A stretch of 60,505 nucleotides of DNA, filler included, from Bilabrum cf. latius (GCA_965178125.1; 4 parts of 4 records of this genome joined end to end with filler, not necessarily neighbours in it), one strand, 5' to 3'. Shown: positions 10,386 to 22,300, counted from the whole stretch's first letter. Translations and numbers: made by a program. Notes: generated from the letters alone by a model not told the origin.

Positions 10386-12098
10386 CCGGCCATAGACGGC
10401 GTTGTACGGGCGTAGGGCCGTTCATGGTGAGGAGAGCGTTTCCTGCGAAGACTGCTTCAGAGAGCACGCGCTCAAATGGAACATTGAGACCGTCGGCTCG
10501 GCATTGCGTCATGAGGCGGTGTAGGCAATCGCGCAAGATAGCACCCCGACGTTCAATGTACCGCGCGTGAGTCTCCGGGGAGCGCACCGTCAAGCGCACT
10601 CCGTGGTGGCTCAAGAAGAGCTTCGCGTCGTGACTGCCTGAGATGCCCCCCCCCCCTCGCCGTCCATAACGAGCTCCTTCGGAGGGCCGTGCAATTGAAA
10701 CCAGATGCGAGAGATGCCATTGATCAAAGTGGTAGACTCCTTATTCGGGATCACCTCGGCCGCGTGCCACCTGGTGCAGCGGTCGAGCATGTGAAGAATG
10801 GTGTGGTTATAAATGAAGACAAGGTCACACTCGACCTGTTCATTGAGCTTGTCAGGGATGGCCGAGTTGGTGGCGCTCGGTCCCGGTCTGCTCCACTCAC
10901 GGCAAACTGAGCAAGAGTGGACAACGCTGGGAATGAGGTCCAACGCCTTCTGAGGGACTCCCGCGCGGTGAAGCATGCGGGTGAGCGTCTGGGCCGGTGC
11001 ATGCCACCACCTGACATGAAGCTTGCGCAGCACACGTCTGATGACCGCTTCGTTGTCTGTGCGGAGAGCCCGAACCGAGTTGCCGATGTCGAAGTGTGTC
11101 CAGTCAAGCTGCGGTGCCTCGCCGACGGCGGCGTCGGCATACCGTGGACGGGGAGCACGACGCACCCCACCTGGTCCCGGTGCTTCGTCTGCGTCGTCTG
11201 GTACTTCAACAACGTCCGGAGGTGGAGGCGGCGCAGGCCTGTACTCTTCTGGTCCTGGGCTGCGTATGCTGCAATCGGGCGAAGCGGCTTCAGCCGATTG
11301 GCATCCGCGCGCTCCGCCCTGTTGTGCCCTGTCCGCTGCCACGATGCGTTCTTCGTCCGCCGTCCCCATAGAACGGCCGTCGGGATCGATGGGAGCGAGT
11401 CCAGCTGTGGGCTCGGTCGTGTCCGGCGGAACAGGGTCGTGAGGGAGACTGCCTCTGGAGGCACGTGTCACCGGGACGTACCCGGTGGCAAAGCGGCAGT
11501 CCCCGAAGCGTAGAGTGTGCGTTGGGTCACTTCGTGTAAGCCGGTCCTTGCACGCCTGGCACCCGGGGTAGAACGGCAACACATGGGGCCAGGCGCATTG
11601 ACCTATGACGTGGGTGTGAGAGGGATCGTCCATGGAGAGGTTGCGCTGGCATGCCCGGCACAGGCATGCTTCATTGCCGGGAGGCGCGCAAGAATCGCGC
11701 ACGGGCTGTTGTCTCTGCCCTGGCGGCCGTGGCGTCATGTGTGGCGCTGGCGGCGGCGGCACGCCAGAGCCGGAACTGGAAGATGACGATTCGGCCGGGT
11801 AGGCAAGCGTGCCTGTCCCGGACTGTTCCTCGTAACCAACCTCAACCGGGTAGCGGCCAACAAGCAATGCCGGGTCGCTCCCGAGAGAGGCAAGACCCTC
11901 ACCGCAGTCGTCGAAGTGATCCTCAATGACCTTAGCACGCTTCTTGGCAAAATGGGGGTTGCCAGAGTCTTTCTGAGCCTTGCGTCGTTCTTTCTCACGC
12001 TGCTTGGCGTCCGTCGGAAAGGCGGATGCGTCCGTCGGTGGCTCGGGTCGTCGGTGCTTGTGCTTGTCATGGACCTGTGTGAGGTCAGAACGTATCAT
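10210..12098 (-). CDS. Integrase (Zn finger and DDE core, frameshifted near 10620-10660), preceded by two CxxC...H...C repeats
   Basis: LRKLHVRWWH...CSVC; VECDLVF; MDGEGG; SPETHARYIERRGAILR in the adjacent frame; CRAC..HTHVIGQC and CQAC..HTLRFGDC upstream. Confidence 0.82.
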
Positions 12099-13020
12099 TG
12101 AACTGTGATCGGTCGTCTGTGCTGTGTCGAGTGCTGAGTCTCCAGCAAGTGCTAAGTCGTGTACTGAGTCTGGTGTGTCCTGGACGCCCTATTGGATTCC
12201 TCACGATGGAGGTGCTGGCGGGGGTCCCCGGAGCAAGCTCCGAGGCCGACGGCAACCAGGGAGTCTTCGGAACACCCCGTGTGGGTACGGTCCTCGAGCA
12301 CTGTGCACCCACCGAGACCGTTGCCCCCAACAGAAGCAAGAACGCAAGCATGAGGAGAACCAAAGTCCTCCTGAAGAGACCGCACGTGGTCCCCTTCGTC
12401 GGAATGACGTCGGTGTCCGTGTCCGGAGGGATGTTGCCGGTGCTGGCGACGTATACCTGGCGCTTGTCGATGGAATCGGGAACGAAAGTGCGAACGCATC
12501 GGCGCACAAAGCGGAAGACATCGGAACCGTGCGTCCTGTTCCAGATGTCGAGCCACGTACATCGCTGGCTGAGTCGCCTGCCATCCGGAACGGAGAACAC
12601 CGTCACACGCGTGCCGGCGTTGATGGCTGGCGCGACCATGCTCTTCAACGTGTGCTCGAATCCCGGATTCATCTGTGGAGGCACTTCGATGAGCAATTGC
12701 TTCCCCAACCATGGGAGATGGTCCTGGTTGCGGATGCGCATCGCGTCTGACAAGCGATGCATCGTACGCCCGGTCAACCCGTGGTCCTTGCACATGCTCA
12801 ACTTCTGGCGACTGCCTGTGATGTGGGCGGTGCCTGCAACAAAGAAAGCATTGAACCCGGTGGCATTGAGCACACTGCACGGATATGACATGCGGAAGTT
12901 GTCAGAAGGGACCCCGCCAGCATCAGCCGATGCGCATCCGCCTGGCGCCAGGAGGTCCAGACGGAACGGGAAGGACCGGAGGCGCCGTGGGTGCTGGCGT
13001 CTTCGGCGCTGTCGGAACAA
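12085..13020 (-). CDS. Uncharacterised pol segment between protease and integrase
   Basis: 311-aa ORF in the polyprotein direction; no motif recognised with confidence. Confidence 0.4.
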   Translation of the reverse strand: MFRQRRRRQHPRRLRSFPFRLDLLAPGGCASADAGGVPSDNFRMSYPCSVLNATGFNAFFVAGTAHITGSRQKLSMCKDHGLTGRTMHRLSDAMRIRNQDHLPWLGKQLLIEVPPQMNPGFEHTLKSMVAPAINAGTRVTVFSVPDGRRLSQRCTWLDIWNRTHGSDVFRFVRRCVRTFVPDSIDKRQVYVASTGNIPPDTDTDVIPTKGTTCGLFRRTLVLLMLAFLLLLGATVSVGAQCSRTVPTRGVPKTPWLPSASELAPGTPASTSIVRNPIGRPGHTRLSTRLSTCWRLSTRHSTDDRSQFNDTF

Positions 13021-13089
13021 TCGTGCGAAGTGTCGAGTCGCATTGAACCGTCGGCTCCGAGGAGAAGTCCGGTGGGCTGCTTTCCTGTG

Positions 13090-14250
13090 TCAGCAAGCTG
13101 ACCTTCTTAGCCGCAAGGCCTTTTCACCAAAATTGCTGCAGGGAAGCAAGAGATGCCCACTCGGCGAAGTCTCGAGCTTGAAGCTCTCGGTGCCCGACGG
13201 AAGCGCCTTCGTCAAGTCGGAGTCTCCTTCGCCGCACACGTACATTCGCATGTCCTGGAGGTCGAGAATCGCTCGGGCGTTGCGCGTGGTGGCCAGGCCA
13301 AGCAGGCCCGGCAACTCAGAGTTTGGCACGATCGGCGTCAAGAACTCTCCCAAGATAGCATCTGCGCGCGTGTCGGACTTGAGCACGATGGGCAGGCGTG
13401 CGTCTTTGCTGCGCCACTGCGATCCATGGCCAACGCCGGAGACGCGTAGTGGTTTCGGCCTGACGTGCTCGGACGGACGGTAGCCGTGATCAATGGCCTG
13501 GAGCCCGAGCTTCCGGGCCCACTGGTCGCCGCGCAAGTTGCCCACAGACCCTGGGTCGATCAAGAGGGCACTGCTGCCGTCCAAGACCCGTGTATTCATG
13601 TGGTAGTAGTCTCCGGCACTATTGACCCGCAACGGCGCGTCGTCGTACGATGTGTAATGGGAGGCTCCTGCCGTCGTCGTGACCGGATCGGAGGCGTCGT
13701 CCGTGCTGGAGGGCCGCGGCAAGACGGCGTCGTCGTCGTTACTCAGGTCGAGCTCCGGATCTACCTGCAGCCATTCGAGATCGGGTCGTGCTTTGGCAAT
13801 GCGTCGAAGGGCATGCCTGACCTTCGGGTGCCACGTGTTGGAGGGCGTGCTGAGGACGCCGTCAACACGATGGTTGCCTGGCACCTTGGCGTCCGGCGGA
13901 TGGACTGCCCACAGTGTGGGGGCCGTCGCAAGGGAGTTGCGGGGCGTGCCGTCAATGTCGGTGTAGGTCTTGGCGTACACGGCCTTGGAGCACGACGGAC
14001 AGACCAAATTGTGGAAAATCGGCTCGCAAGTCTCGGACTGGTATATGTGGTGATCGTAGTCCGCTTGGATGGGCTCGACCTTGGCCTTGAACACCTCGTA
14101 CTGCTCGTTCTCGTACGTGCTGTAGCAAGTGGCGTGCATGCGGCAGCCGCACGAGAGGACAACCTGGTTCGAATCTGCGGACTCGATGCGGCCGTCGTCG
14201 TGTCGAACCTCGCACCACGGCTTCGTGCACACGGCGCACGTGTCATGACC
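13090..14250 (-). CDS. RING-like zinc finger plus retropepsin-like aspartic protease (pol fragment)
   Basis: CAVC...LSCGCRMHATC...CPSC spacing; ALLIDPGSVGNL catalytic-type motif followed by PGLLGL. Confidence 0.65.
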   Translation of the reverse strand, partial: GHDTCAVCTKPWCEVRHDDGRIESADSNQVVLSCGCRMHATCYSTYENEQYEVFKAKVEPIQADYDHHIYQSETCEPIFHNLVCPSCSKAVYAKTYTDIDGTPRNSLATAPTLWAVHPPDAKVPGNHRVDGVLSTPSNTWHPKVRHALRRIAKARPDLEWLQVDPELDLSNDDDAVLPRPSSTDDASDPVTTTAGASHYTSYDDAPLRVNSAGDYYHMNTRVLDGSSALLIDPGSVGNLRGDQWARKLGLQAIDHGYRPSEHVRPKPLRVSGVGHGSQWRSKDARLPIVLKSDTRADAILGEFLTPIVPNSELPGLLGLATTRNARAILDLQDMRMYVCGEGDSDLTKALPSGTESFKLETSPSGHLLLPCSNFGEKALRLRRSAC

Positions 14251-15302
14251 GCGACTTGAGGCTGATCCTTATTGCTGGGGACGACGCTCTCCTTCCTCAC
14301 GACGGCGGTGTCATCGCCCGTGATCGCCACGGGCTTCGTCGTGTCATTCGTGTCATCCAAACGGGGCGTTGCCTGTCTGGCCTTGCAAGTGTCCTCGACA
14401 GGTGTATCGGGCGAAGTCCGCTGCTCAACGGAGGACCCGCGTGCCCGGGAGGTGGAGTTCTCCGCCGAACTGTGGCTGCGAGAAGAGCTGCCACGTCGGT
14501 GGGCGCGTCCCTTCAACTGCTGCTGCTGGACATGTGTGCCTTTGGTCGAGCATCGCGGGGTCTGTGTGCGAGGAACTGGTAGATCGCCTGGTGGTGAAGA
14601 TGTCGGAACGGGAGGCGACATCTGGCTCGTCTCGGCCGCCGCACGGAAGGTGGCGGCCACGTCGAAGTCCCGGTCCTGCATCGTGACGTCCAACGTCTCC
14701 GGAGCTGGCGGCAGGCCAGGATACGTGACGTCCGTCTCATGCACCAAGGTCGCACTGCCAATGCCTGAGACCGGCGCTGATGGAGGCGCCGGAACGGGCA
14801 CGTGGAGCTGGGGTCTCCACGGGCTGTGGCCCGAGGTGTAGGATGTGCTGGCCATAGGTGTTGGTGGCGCCAAAGAACGGCTCTGTGTGGTGTTGCTACC
14901 GAGGGCACTCTGCGCCATGTTCATCACATTGACTGCCACACTGGAAAGAGCATCCCACGCCTGGCCACCGACCGTCTGGGAAGCAGATTGGCCGGTGGGG
15001 TTCAGCCCATTGGCATCCCCGCCACCAGCCTGTCCAACACCCTTATCGTTCGTCGGCAGAGGCGGACCCCCGAATGTGCCATACATGGACTGGACCGGCA
15101 CCTGTTGTGTTCGTTGTGTGCTGGCGCTGCTGGCCGAGTGCCGGTCGGGCGTGAAAGACATCGGGACACCGGGGGCGCCCGGAAAACTTGCGTAGTTGGT
15201 CGTCGGTGGCTGGATGTTCGTCGGCGGGCTCGGTGGTTGGATGTTCGTCGGTGGGCTCGGGGCCGGCGCAGTCGGCGGCGGCCTGAGCCTGGCATTGATC
15301 AA
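13761..15302 (-). CDS. Pro/Ser/Thr-rich linker of the gag-pol polyprotein (only ~14250-15302 likely in the true frame)
   Basis: Long low-complexity ORF directly upstream of the RING/protease ORF; contains hairpin copy 14990-15030. Confidence 0.5.
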   Translation of the reverse strand: MINARLRPPPTAPAPSPPTNIQPPSPPTNIQPPTTNYASFPGAPGVPMSFTPDRHSASSASTQRTQQVPVQSMYGTFGGPPLPTNDKGVGQAGGGDANGLNPTGQSASQTVGGQAWDALSSVAVNVMNMAQSALGSNTTQSRSLAPPTPMASTSYTSGHSPWRPQLHVPVPAPPSAPVSGIGSATLVHETDVTYPGLPPAPETLDVTMQDRDFDVAATFRAAAETSQMSPPVPTSSPPGDLPVPRTQTPRCSTKGTHVQQQQLKGRAHRRGSSSRSHSSAENSTSRARGSSVEQRTSPDTPVEDTCKARQATPRLDDTNDTTKPVAITGDDTAVVRKESVVPSNKDQPQVAVMTRAPCARSRGARFDTTTAASSPQIRTRLSSRAAAACTPLATARTRTSSTRCSRPRSSPSKRTTITTYTSPRLASRFSTIWSVRRAPRPCTPRPTPTLTARPATPLRRPPHCGQSIRRTPRCQATIVLTASSARPPTRGTRRSGMPFDALPKHDPISNGCR

Positions 15303-15356
15303 ATCCTGGTACGGGTGGTCCGACTGACTGCACGGAACTTGCGCCGAGGCCTGGAT

Positions 15357-15456
15357 NNNNNNNNNNNNNNNNNNNNNNNNNNNNNNNNNNNNNNNNNNNN
15401 TTAATTAATTAANNNNNNNNNNNNNNNNNNNNNNNNNNNNNNNNNNNNNNNNNNNN
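15357..15456. other. Artificial contig linker N44-TTAATTAATTAA-N44
   Basis: Six-frame-stop spacer flanked by 44 Ns on each side. Confidence 0.98.
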
Positions 15457-15490
15457 ACACACGCACACACACACACGCACACACACGCAT
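15457..15490. repeat. (CA)n-like microsatellite
   Basis: acacacgcacacacacacacgcac at the contig start. Confidence 0.85.
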
Positions 15491-17359
15491 ACCCCACGAC
15501 ACCTCATGGTAGAGTGAAAGAAGCGAAACCGAGCGCGTAGCATGGGTGTGCGCTCGCGACGCCCCAAGCGCGAGCCAACCAACTGCAAGACCTCAACACC
15601 ACCTCACATTACACAATGCAACGAATGAAATGTGTGGAGGCTGGACCCCTCACGCTAACGGAAGTCTGTGCTTCCCAGAGCGGCGGACGTCGCAACCGAA
15701 GTTGATCGTCAATATTACTGTCGGTGACGCCCCTGCGCGCCTGAAAACTCGCTTGCACCTCTCTGCTTCAATTGCGACGTCACCTGACATGCCGCGACCG
15801 CGAAACGTCCTGCCTACCGGCCGGGCAGAGCGTACAACTCAACTGGGCCCTGCAGACGACCCCGTCGGAACATGGCTTACCTGGTGAACTCCTGCCGGGC
15901 TCGATGGGGTCCCCGGACACCGACAGCCTCCAACGCCGCTCGCTTAGCCTTGCGGCGCTGGCGAGGGAACATCTTCCCAGGACGGGGCGGCGGCTTCCTC
16001 GGGGGGATGCGAGCGGCCAAGGACGGCATGCAACACGGGCGTCAGTCCGTGTGGCGGTGTAGATAACGACCAAAACATCGCTGGGCAAGCTGTAAGGACT
16101 GTGGAAAGGGACGGCAATGAGGGACATGAAGAGATAAGAGCTGATCGTGTTTGGACCTGTACCGAATCTCGAAAGACAGGCAGCGCACTGCCTGCCAGAA
16201 TTTTGGGCGCATCAAGCTTGAGTAGGCGAGTGCGGCCCAATGCATGATCGTCTAAGAAGCAAGTGCACGACTTTCGCCATGGAGTTGCACGCCCATGGTC
16301 GTCGTAAACAAGTGCGCCAACCCGCCCTGCATCAAGTCATGAAGAGCTGCTGACTGATACCGGAAATGTGCTGCCTGAGGCGGCTTCCCAGACCCTGTCG
16401 GATAATGCAAAGTGTGGCCTTGTGTCGGCGCATCACGCGCGACAAGTGATTCCAATAGTTGTCCCAAGCCGTCTTCGCGGTGCTGCCACTGACACTGACC
16501 ACTTTACCAACAGATCGCATGTCTCCTGGCGGAGTTCTGCGAAAGCTGGATGCCATCCGGCCAACTCAAGAAAAGCACAGGACAACCCTCACGAATATCG
16601 GGCGGAGCGATCAAAGTAGCGTGCGGAGTTTCTCGAAGCCCCGATCTGGTCAAAAAGTGGGCGGACGCAATGTGCTTGGCAATCTTCTAAGGGTTTCCGA
16701 GCGAGCCAGTACTTACCGACTATTGTCCGACCAAGCTTGAGCATGCTGCAACGAGATGATCAACACCTCGCCCTCATGCTCTTGTCCCATACTCCAGGTC
16801 GGCCCAAGTCTTCACCAAAAGACGCAAGTGCAACTCGCGCGCGCACCGCGACCCTCTTTGCGCCAAGCACCGAGTTGGGTGGCCTATGTAACCCAACAAG
16901 CGACCTGGTGAGCGCGGCACGCCCGCTGCTTCAGCCAGGCGCGGCGGCGCCCTTGGCGGATACCACGACTAGGCGGACCCACAGATGGAGGGGGGGGCAC
17001 CAAGCGCTCGAGGTGGGGTCGGCCGGCTCACAAGCTCACGTCCCTCCGCCCAAGAGTCCCGGGGTAATGCCAAAAGGCCGACCCAAGCGCTCTCGTCTGC
17101 CCACCCCCGGCATTTCCGGCGCCGGCTGGGCCAAGGGGATCGGACAGCAATGGGCATCGCCCAGATCGTCGCAGCGAGCCGGGCCCCGATGTTCTTCAGG
17201 TCTTGGGGCCTCCAATGTAGGAAGTCACAAGGCAAGCAATAGCGCCGGGGCCGCCAATGGTCGTCCCTCCGCCGGCCGCAACGTGCGCTTGTGTCAACGG
17301 AGACTCGCCCGACACCGAACAAACTTGACGCCCGGAACAAACACAAAGCACGCTTGAGG

Positions 17360-17518
17360 ATGCGCTCATGATTGCGATTCGACTTGAGCCTGGGAATCCT
17401 CTGCAGCCTGCCGGCGAATCCGGCGCCGCACCAACAGAATGCGCTCATGATTGCGATTCGACTTGAGCCTGGAAATCCTCTGCAGCCTGCCTGCGAATCC
17501 GGCGCCGCACCAACAGAA
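17360..17518. repeat. 79-bp tandem duplication (2 copies)
   Basis: atgcgctcatgattgcgattcgacttgagcc...caccaacagaa at 17360 and 17439. Confidence 0.9.
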
Positions 17519-19499
17519 AATGCGAGGCGAGCTGGAGGGGGAGAGGGAAGGATCGAAAAAACAGATTCCGGCGACAACATGCCGAAGCTGCGTGGAAGTC
17601 GCCCACTGTGCGGATAGGCTCTGGCACATGCCTGGGCGCCCTTGGTCAGTGGGCCCTCAGACCGTGAGGCTGTGGGAGCTGATGGCCCGGGCGTTGCGGC
17701 CGTGGGGCCCTGGAGACCTGACCACGCCCTCTGGCCAGATGAAAAAAGCCCGGTCGAACTCGGCGTTGGGGTCCGGGCTCATCCGCACATCGGGCTGATC
17801 TGGCCCACGTCAATCGAACACACATCGGCCACTTCCTTGCCGCCGAGCCAAGCTCCGGATCAAGTCGGCCCACGTGTCGCCCATCGGTCACTCCCCCCGA
17901 GCCCGGTCAAACACAATGGACTTAGCCGGACCGATGCCAGAAAGCGTCCTACTCTGCGCGGCGGGGAAAGAGTCGGAAACGATACTTACTGCCTGTCCCT
18001 ATGCGCGATCTTTCCGACACACATGCTGCGTGTGACGACACGCGCCGGCCCGCCGGCCCGCCGGCCCGCCCGCCCGCCCTGAGGCTGCATGCGGTCTTCA
18101 TCGGGGCGACTGGCGACTGGACGACGTCGATCTCGCTTAGGATTGGGCCCGCCACGGACCCGGGCGGACTGGAGGTGGCCGCGGCGCCATACATGGGAGC
18201 GCTCCCCGCGCTACCCTGCGGCGCCGTCGTCATCGGCTGGGCCGGAGAGGTCGGCACCGGAGAAAGCGCCATCGGCGACTCGGGCATCGACATCGGAGAG
18301 ACCGCCACCGCCGAAGAGGGCGACTTCGGCGTCGCAGCCAGCGCCACCGGAGACGTAGGCCCCATCAGGGCCGGAGGAGGCGTCGCCGGCGACATGGGCG
18401 ATACCGGTGTCGGAGCGAACGCAATCGGCGAAGCGGGCACCCTTGGGGCATCCGCCGGACGGCGGGTGCGGGCACAAGCCACTCACACGGACAAGCGCGC
18501 CGGCGGGTGCATGGCGATTAGGGGGGGAGGTGGGGGCGGTCAAGCGAGTGCGCGGGCGCGGGCGAGCAAGCGGGCGAGGTGAAGGAGTGTGGAGGAAAGA
18601 GGCAGTCTACTCACGGGCGCAAGCAAGGCATCTCTGGTGCGAGCCCAGTCGGACGACACCACTTCACCCCGTGCCATCATCCGGAAACGCCAAGAAGTGA
18701 AGCCGATCCCAAGATGCAAGCAACGGACATGACTGCACCCGTGCGTCCAATTTTTCATGCAAGCATCGAAATGGCGCGTTGTTGACGGTACACTTCGCAA
18801 GCAGACTCCTGCCTACACTCCACCCACTGACTGTCCGGATACAAGCAACACGCAAGAGCCCCCGTGCTGCACCCTTGTGCTGCCAAGTCCTGGGAACATG
18901 GCTTGGCGCTTCTGCAATTTGCTTCGCAAGCAAACTTCGTCTCCACTGAAGGTCCCACTGACCGTCCTGTTGGAGGATGTCCACATCGCGAAGACCAAGG
19001 CTTGAAGATTCTAGGAGAACGGCATACCTCGCACCAAGCAACATCATCGATACAATTTGAAGGCACCGCCTGCTGACCTAACGAAGTCCTGCGGACCTCG
19101 ACGCAAAGCTTTGAAGTCGATATGCCTGATGCGGCACTGGACGCGCCCCCCACACCCCGGCATCCCCCATGCCGCGACTCGGCTTTCTTGCAAGCCCAAG
19201 CGACAACGGCCTGAATCCTAAGATGCTGCTGTATGGGACGTGTGGCTGATGGTTTATGCTCGTCGTCTTGAGGTATGTCTTCCCAAGGTCTTCCCCGCTC
19301 TAGACATACATGTATGTACGTATGTTTCTTTCGGTTTTCTTGCTGAACCCGATCATGTTGTGGTGGACCGGCGCCCAAAACTGCATGCCCTGCATCGCCA
19401 TGTCGGAGTGGACGAGCGGCCCGCAAGGGGGTCCGCAATGCCACGCCGGCGCTGATGGCGACGGCATCGCCATTGGACTCGAGTTGTGATGTCTGGGCG

Positions 19500-22300
19500 G
19501 CCTAGTCCCATGGGAGCCCCTGGTGGCCGAAGACTCAGGGGGGGGGGGGGTTAGGCGATCGCAAACAATTACGGCGAGGAACCGTGATGTCTGGCCCCCC
19601 AAAACTGATCAGAAACTTGGTCATCGACAAGAAGAGGTCGAGGTGGCTTACATGAAGTTCAGAAAGCAGAGACTCCGACACCAAATCTGTTCGTCTTGGT
19701 GCCAAGCTCCTCTGGAATCGCAACCTCGAAGTTTGCTCGCGGTTCGTGAGCGCTGGCCGAGCCTCCGGCCGAGCGGCGGCGAGGCGCCAACCCATCATAT
19801 GATGCCGGCCAGATGCCGACGGCCAGTTCGCCTCAATTCAACTCTGGCCCATATGCCATGTCTTCATTCACGCGGTGACTGGCGGACTTGGAATCCCAAG
19901 CTTCCTGTGCCGCCCCATCATCAGAGAATCTCGTCTGCTTGGAGAAGCCGACATCATCGTGCAAGTCGTGCTGGACACCTCCATCTGCCATCACTAGTCA
20001 CTCCGCCCTTTGCTTTCGACCGCCGCCCTGGCGACCCTCTCCCTCCGGCCAAAAGCCGCCCAGAAGGTGCCCTCGGACCCCGGCACAAGGATGAGCCTTG
20101 ATGTTTGCAGAGGCGCTCCATCGACGACGGGCTCCTGCATCATCAACTTCCACGCCGGCGGCAGCTCGCGGACCTTCACTGACGGCCGTACTTTCTTGGC
20201 TTGCAATGCGACCCCCAATCCCCATATCGTCTGCTGCTGCGATCTTCGATTCCCAAGCGGGCATCGACAAGCGGAAGGTGAGATCATGACCAAGGTCACG
20301 AGGCGCGGTGACCCGTGTAACACCAAGGCCCTCCTCGCTGCGGCGGGCCACAAGCGCGATGGGCGAGCTGAGTCATACAAGGTATTCAAGAACTTGCTGG
20401 TAGGGCTGGCCACATCGGGCCACGACCGGCGAGACGGCCAAGTGCTCGCTGCGTAAGCTATTGCATCTGCCCCGCAACCCCTACCGGACAACGAGCGCTG
20501 GCACAAGCGCTCCTGTGCACAAGCGGTCGCACGTGACATTGATTGCGCGCAGAGTCATTTGCACGGAGGCGTCGCGTCTGCCTCCGGGCTTCGCAGACAA
20601 CATGCCGCGGGCGCTCGGGCACGAGGCGGCTCCCGGCGAGTGCTGTGCGCCGGCCGAGACTGAGCATGAGGGCGGAGGGAGTCCCCCGCCCTGCTGAAAC
20701 TCTGGGTCGCGCGATCGACAACCCCAAACCCCGCCCTAACGGCCCCGCAAAGAAGGCCCCGCGGACACAGAACCGCGAAGACGACACCGCCGAGACGGCA
20801 CCAATGACTGGCCTGCCCTGAGATTTGGGTACGTAACAAGCCGGGTACTGGTTCATCGCAGATTGCGAATCGCAATCATCTGAATAGCGACCCCCGGGTC
20901 CGCAATCGTCCGTAGCTGACAGCATGATCGTGCGCAAAATCGCAGCATGCCAAAGGAAGCACTCTCCCATCATCGAATTTGACAGGGAAGTGAAATCCCT
21001 TGTCCGCTTGCTGGCCTGCGGGCTGGAGAATCGCTCATGGTTCAATTGTCTGGCCAGCGTCGGTGCAAATCGATCCCCCCTGGTATCTCGGTCTGCACTT
21101 GGGCACGGTCGCGAGTCGGATCGCATAGTCGAGAGCTCATAACAACGAGCGTTCGCGCGCGACGAGAACTCTACTGTGCCGGCTACGCGACGAGTGGTGA
21201 TCTCAGACACTTTCCGTCCGCATGTGCGCTGCCAGCCTGCAAGAGGTCGCGGGGGCTGAAGTTCCCACTCCGCATTCGCCAGCTTGCGTTGCGAGAATGT
21301 CCTAAGCACCACAAGGCGTCGCTTGTCTTTTCCCCGACCAATTCACTCAATCGTCTTGCTGCAAGTTTACACTGGGAGTGCGGGGTGGGAAGGCAAGGGA
21401 GAGGGTGGCGGACTGGCCCTCAACGCCGTCGCTCGAAACACCGTCGTCTGACCCTCCCCAACGGCCCCCGTCGGACCTGGCGCACTCCGCGCATCTCTTC
21501 GCAGTGCATGAGGACGGGAGAAGGTGTGCGAATGCGGGCGAGTTCAGGAAGCGCGGAGCGACGAGGAAGCATGGTGGCGGCGCCGGTCTTTAAGAACGAG
21601 TCGGGAATCGCGGGGTGAAGCCAACCTGTGAGCCCGCGCCCGGGGGCCAAGCGAGACCTTTGCTTGCGCCCAAAACCCTGCGAAACATGCGCGCATGCTG
21701 CAAGCGCTGCCTGGAGGCGTTGGCACACCACACATACCCGACACCGCACATTGGCCCCGTCTGCCATGGCCCACATTTTGAGCACAACATCGTCCAGTTC
21801 CGGCCTTCCCTGGGTCTTCCAGCGGGGCGCTTCAACAGAACTTCGTGTAGATCCGAAAAAGACATGACATGATCAATGAAGCGCGTCTCAAGATCGAAGG
21901 CAAAGGCCTTGAGGGGCATGTCTCCAAGATGTGACAAGGCTGCTGGCCGGTGATCGTCTACCCGGGTACCAACGCGAAACAAGATCAAGCACTTCACAAC
22001 TGTGTTACCGAGTTGCAAAGGAACGCTGGATGGACAGATCGAAGTCCATGTCGGCGTGACGAGGCCCGGTCTGACCTTCGCGACCACTGGGGCGGGCCTA
22101 TGGACGACCGACATCTGCCTGCGCGCATGGCTTTGGAACCACAACCTGTCTGGGAGATGCATCGAGCTACTGCGTGAACCTGCAAGGCCGGGTTGGGCAA
22201 AAGTTGGGCGGGGTGGGGGGGGGTGGACACAATGCTTGACAAGTCGGGACGGCGCGAATCTTTTCAAACGAGCACAGCTCGCCAGATTCCAGGGTGGCGA
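19500..22300 (-). pseudogene. Possible decayed non-LTR retrotransposon remnant (endonuclease/RT fragments)
   Basis: Scattered fragments: DDHRP (APE-like SDHxP) near 21950 and AADDMGIGG (YADD-like) near 20230; no intact ORF. Confidence 0.3.

Larger units (their letters stand above)
2183..15030 (-). repeat. Dispersed family of 11 ~40-nt hairpins with core GGATGCCAATCGGCTGA
   Basis: Copies at about 2183-2223, 2791-2836, 4378-4420, 6571-6616, 6843-6883, 7146-7186, 7728-7768, 9271-9316, 11277-11319, 12915-12947 (degenerate) and 14990-15030. All are in the same orientation, each with its own self-complementary flanks. Confidence 0.92.
1..15356 (-). mobile_element. Internal region of a giant Ty1/copia-type LTR retrotransposon (truncated by contig ends, no LTR visible), multiply frameshifted
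   Basis: Minus-strand domain order protease (LLIDPGS), integrase (HHCC, D,D,E), RT (RARLTMRGF, ADISKAFLQG, KHVDDL), RNase H (SDAAF, RSTFAAEL, VDAKS) is the copia order. Coding-like sequence and the same hairpin repeat continue downstream. Confidence 0.88.

Noticed and set aside
12098-13483. Long plus-strand ORFs in contig 1 (461, 364, 361 aa)
   Set aside because: Antisense shadows of GC-rich pol coding sequence.
2183-15030. DANRL(M/N)P repeat as a 2A ribosome-skip peptide or protease cleavage site
   Set aside because: It does not match DxExNPGP; one copy lies inside RNase H and one is in another frame; flanking base-pair covariation explains it better.
2183-15030. Hairpin repeats as a CRISPR array, hammerhead ribozymes or spliced-leader relics
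   Set aside because: Spacing is irregular (0.3-2 kb) and within ORFs, there are no cas genes, there is no CUGANGA/GAAA core, and there is no match to the dinoflagellate spliced leader.
15401-15412. TTAATTAATTAA as a biological motif
   Set aside because: Synthetic six-frame-stop spacer repeated in all three gaps.
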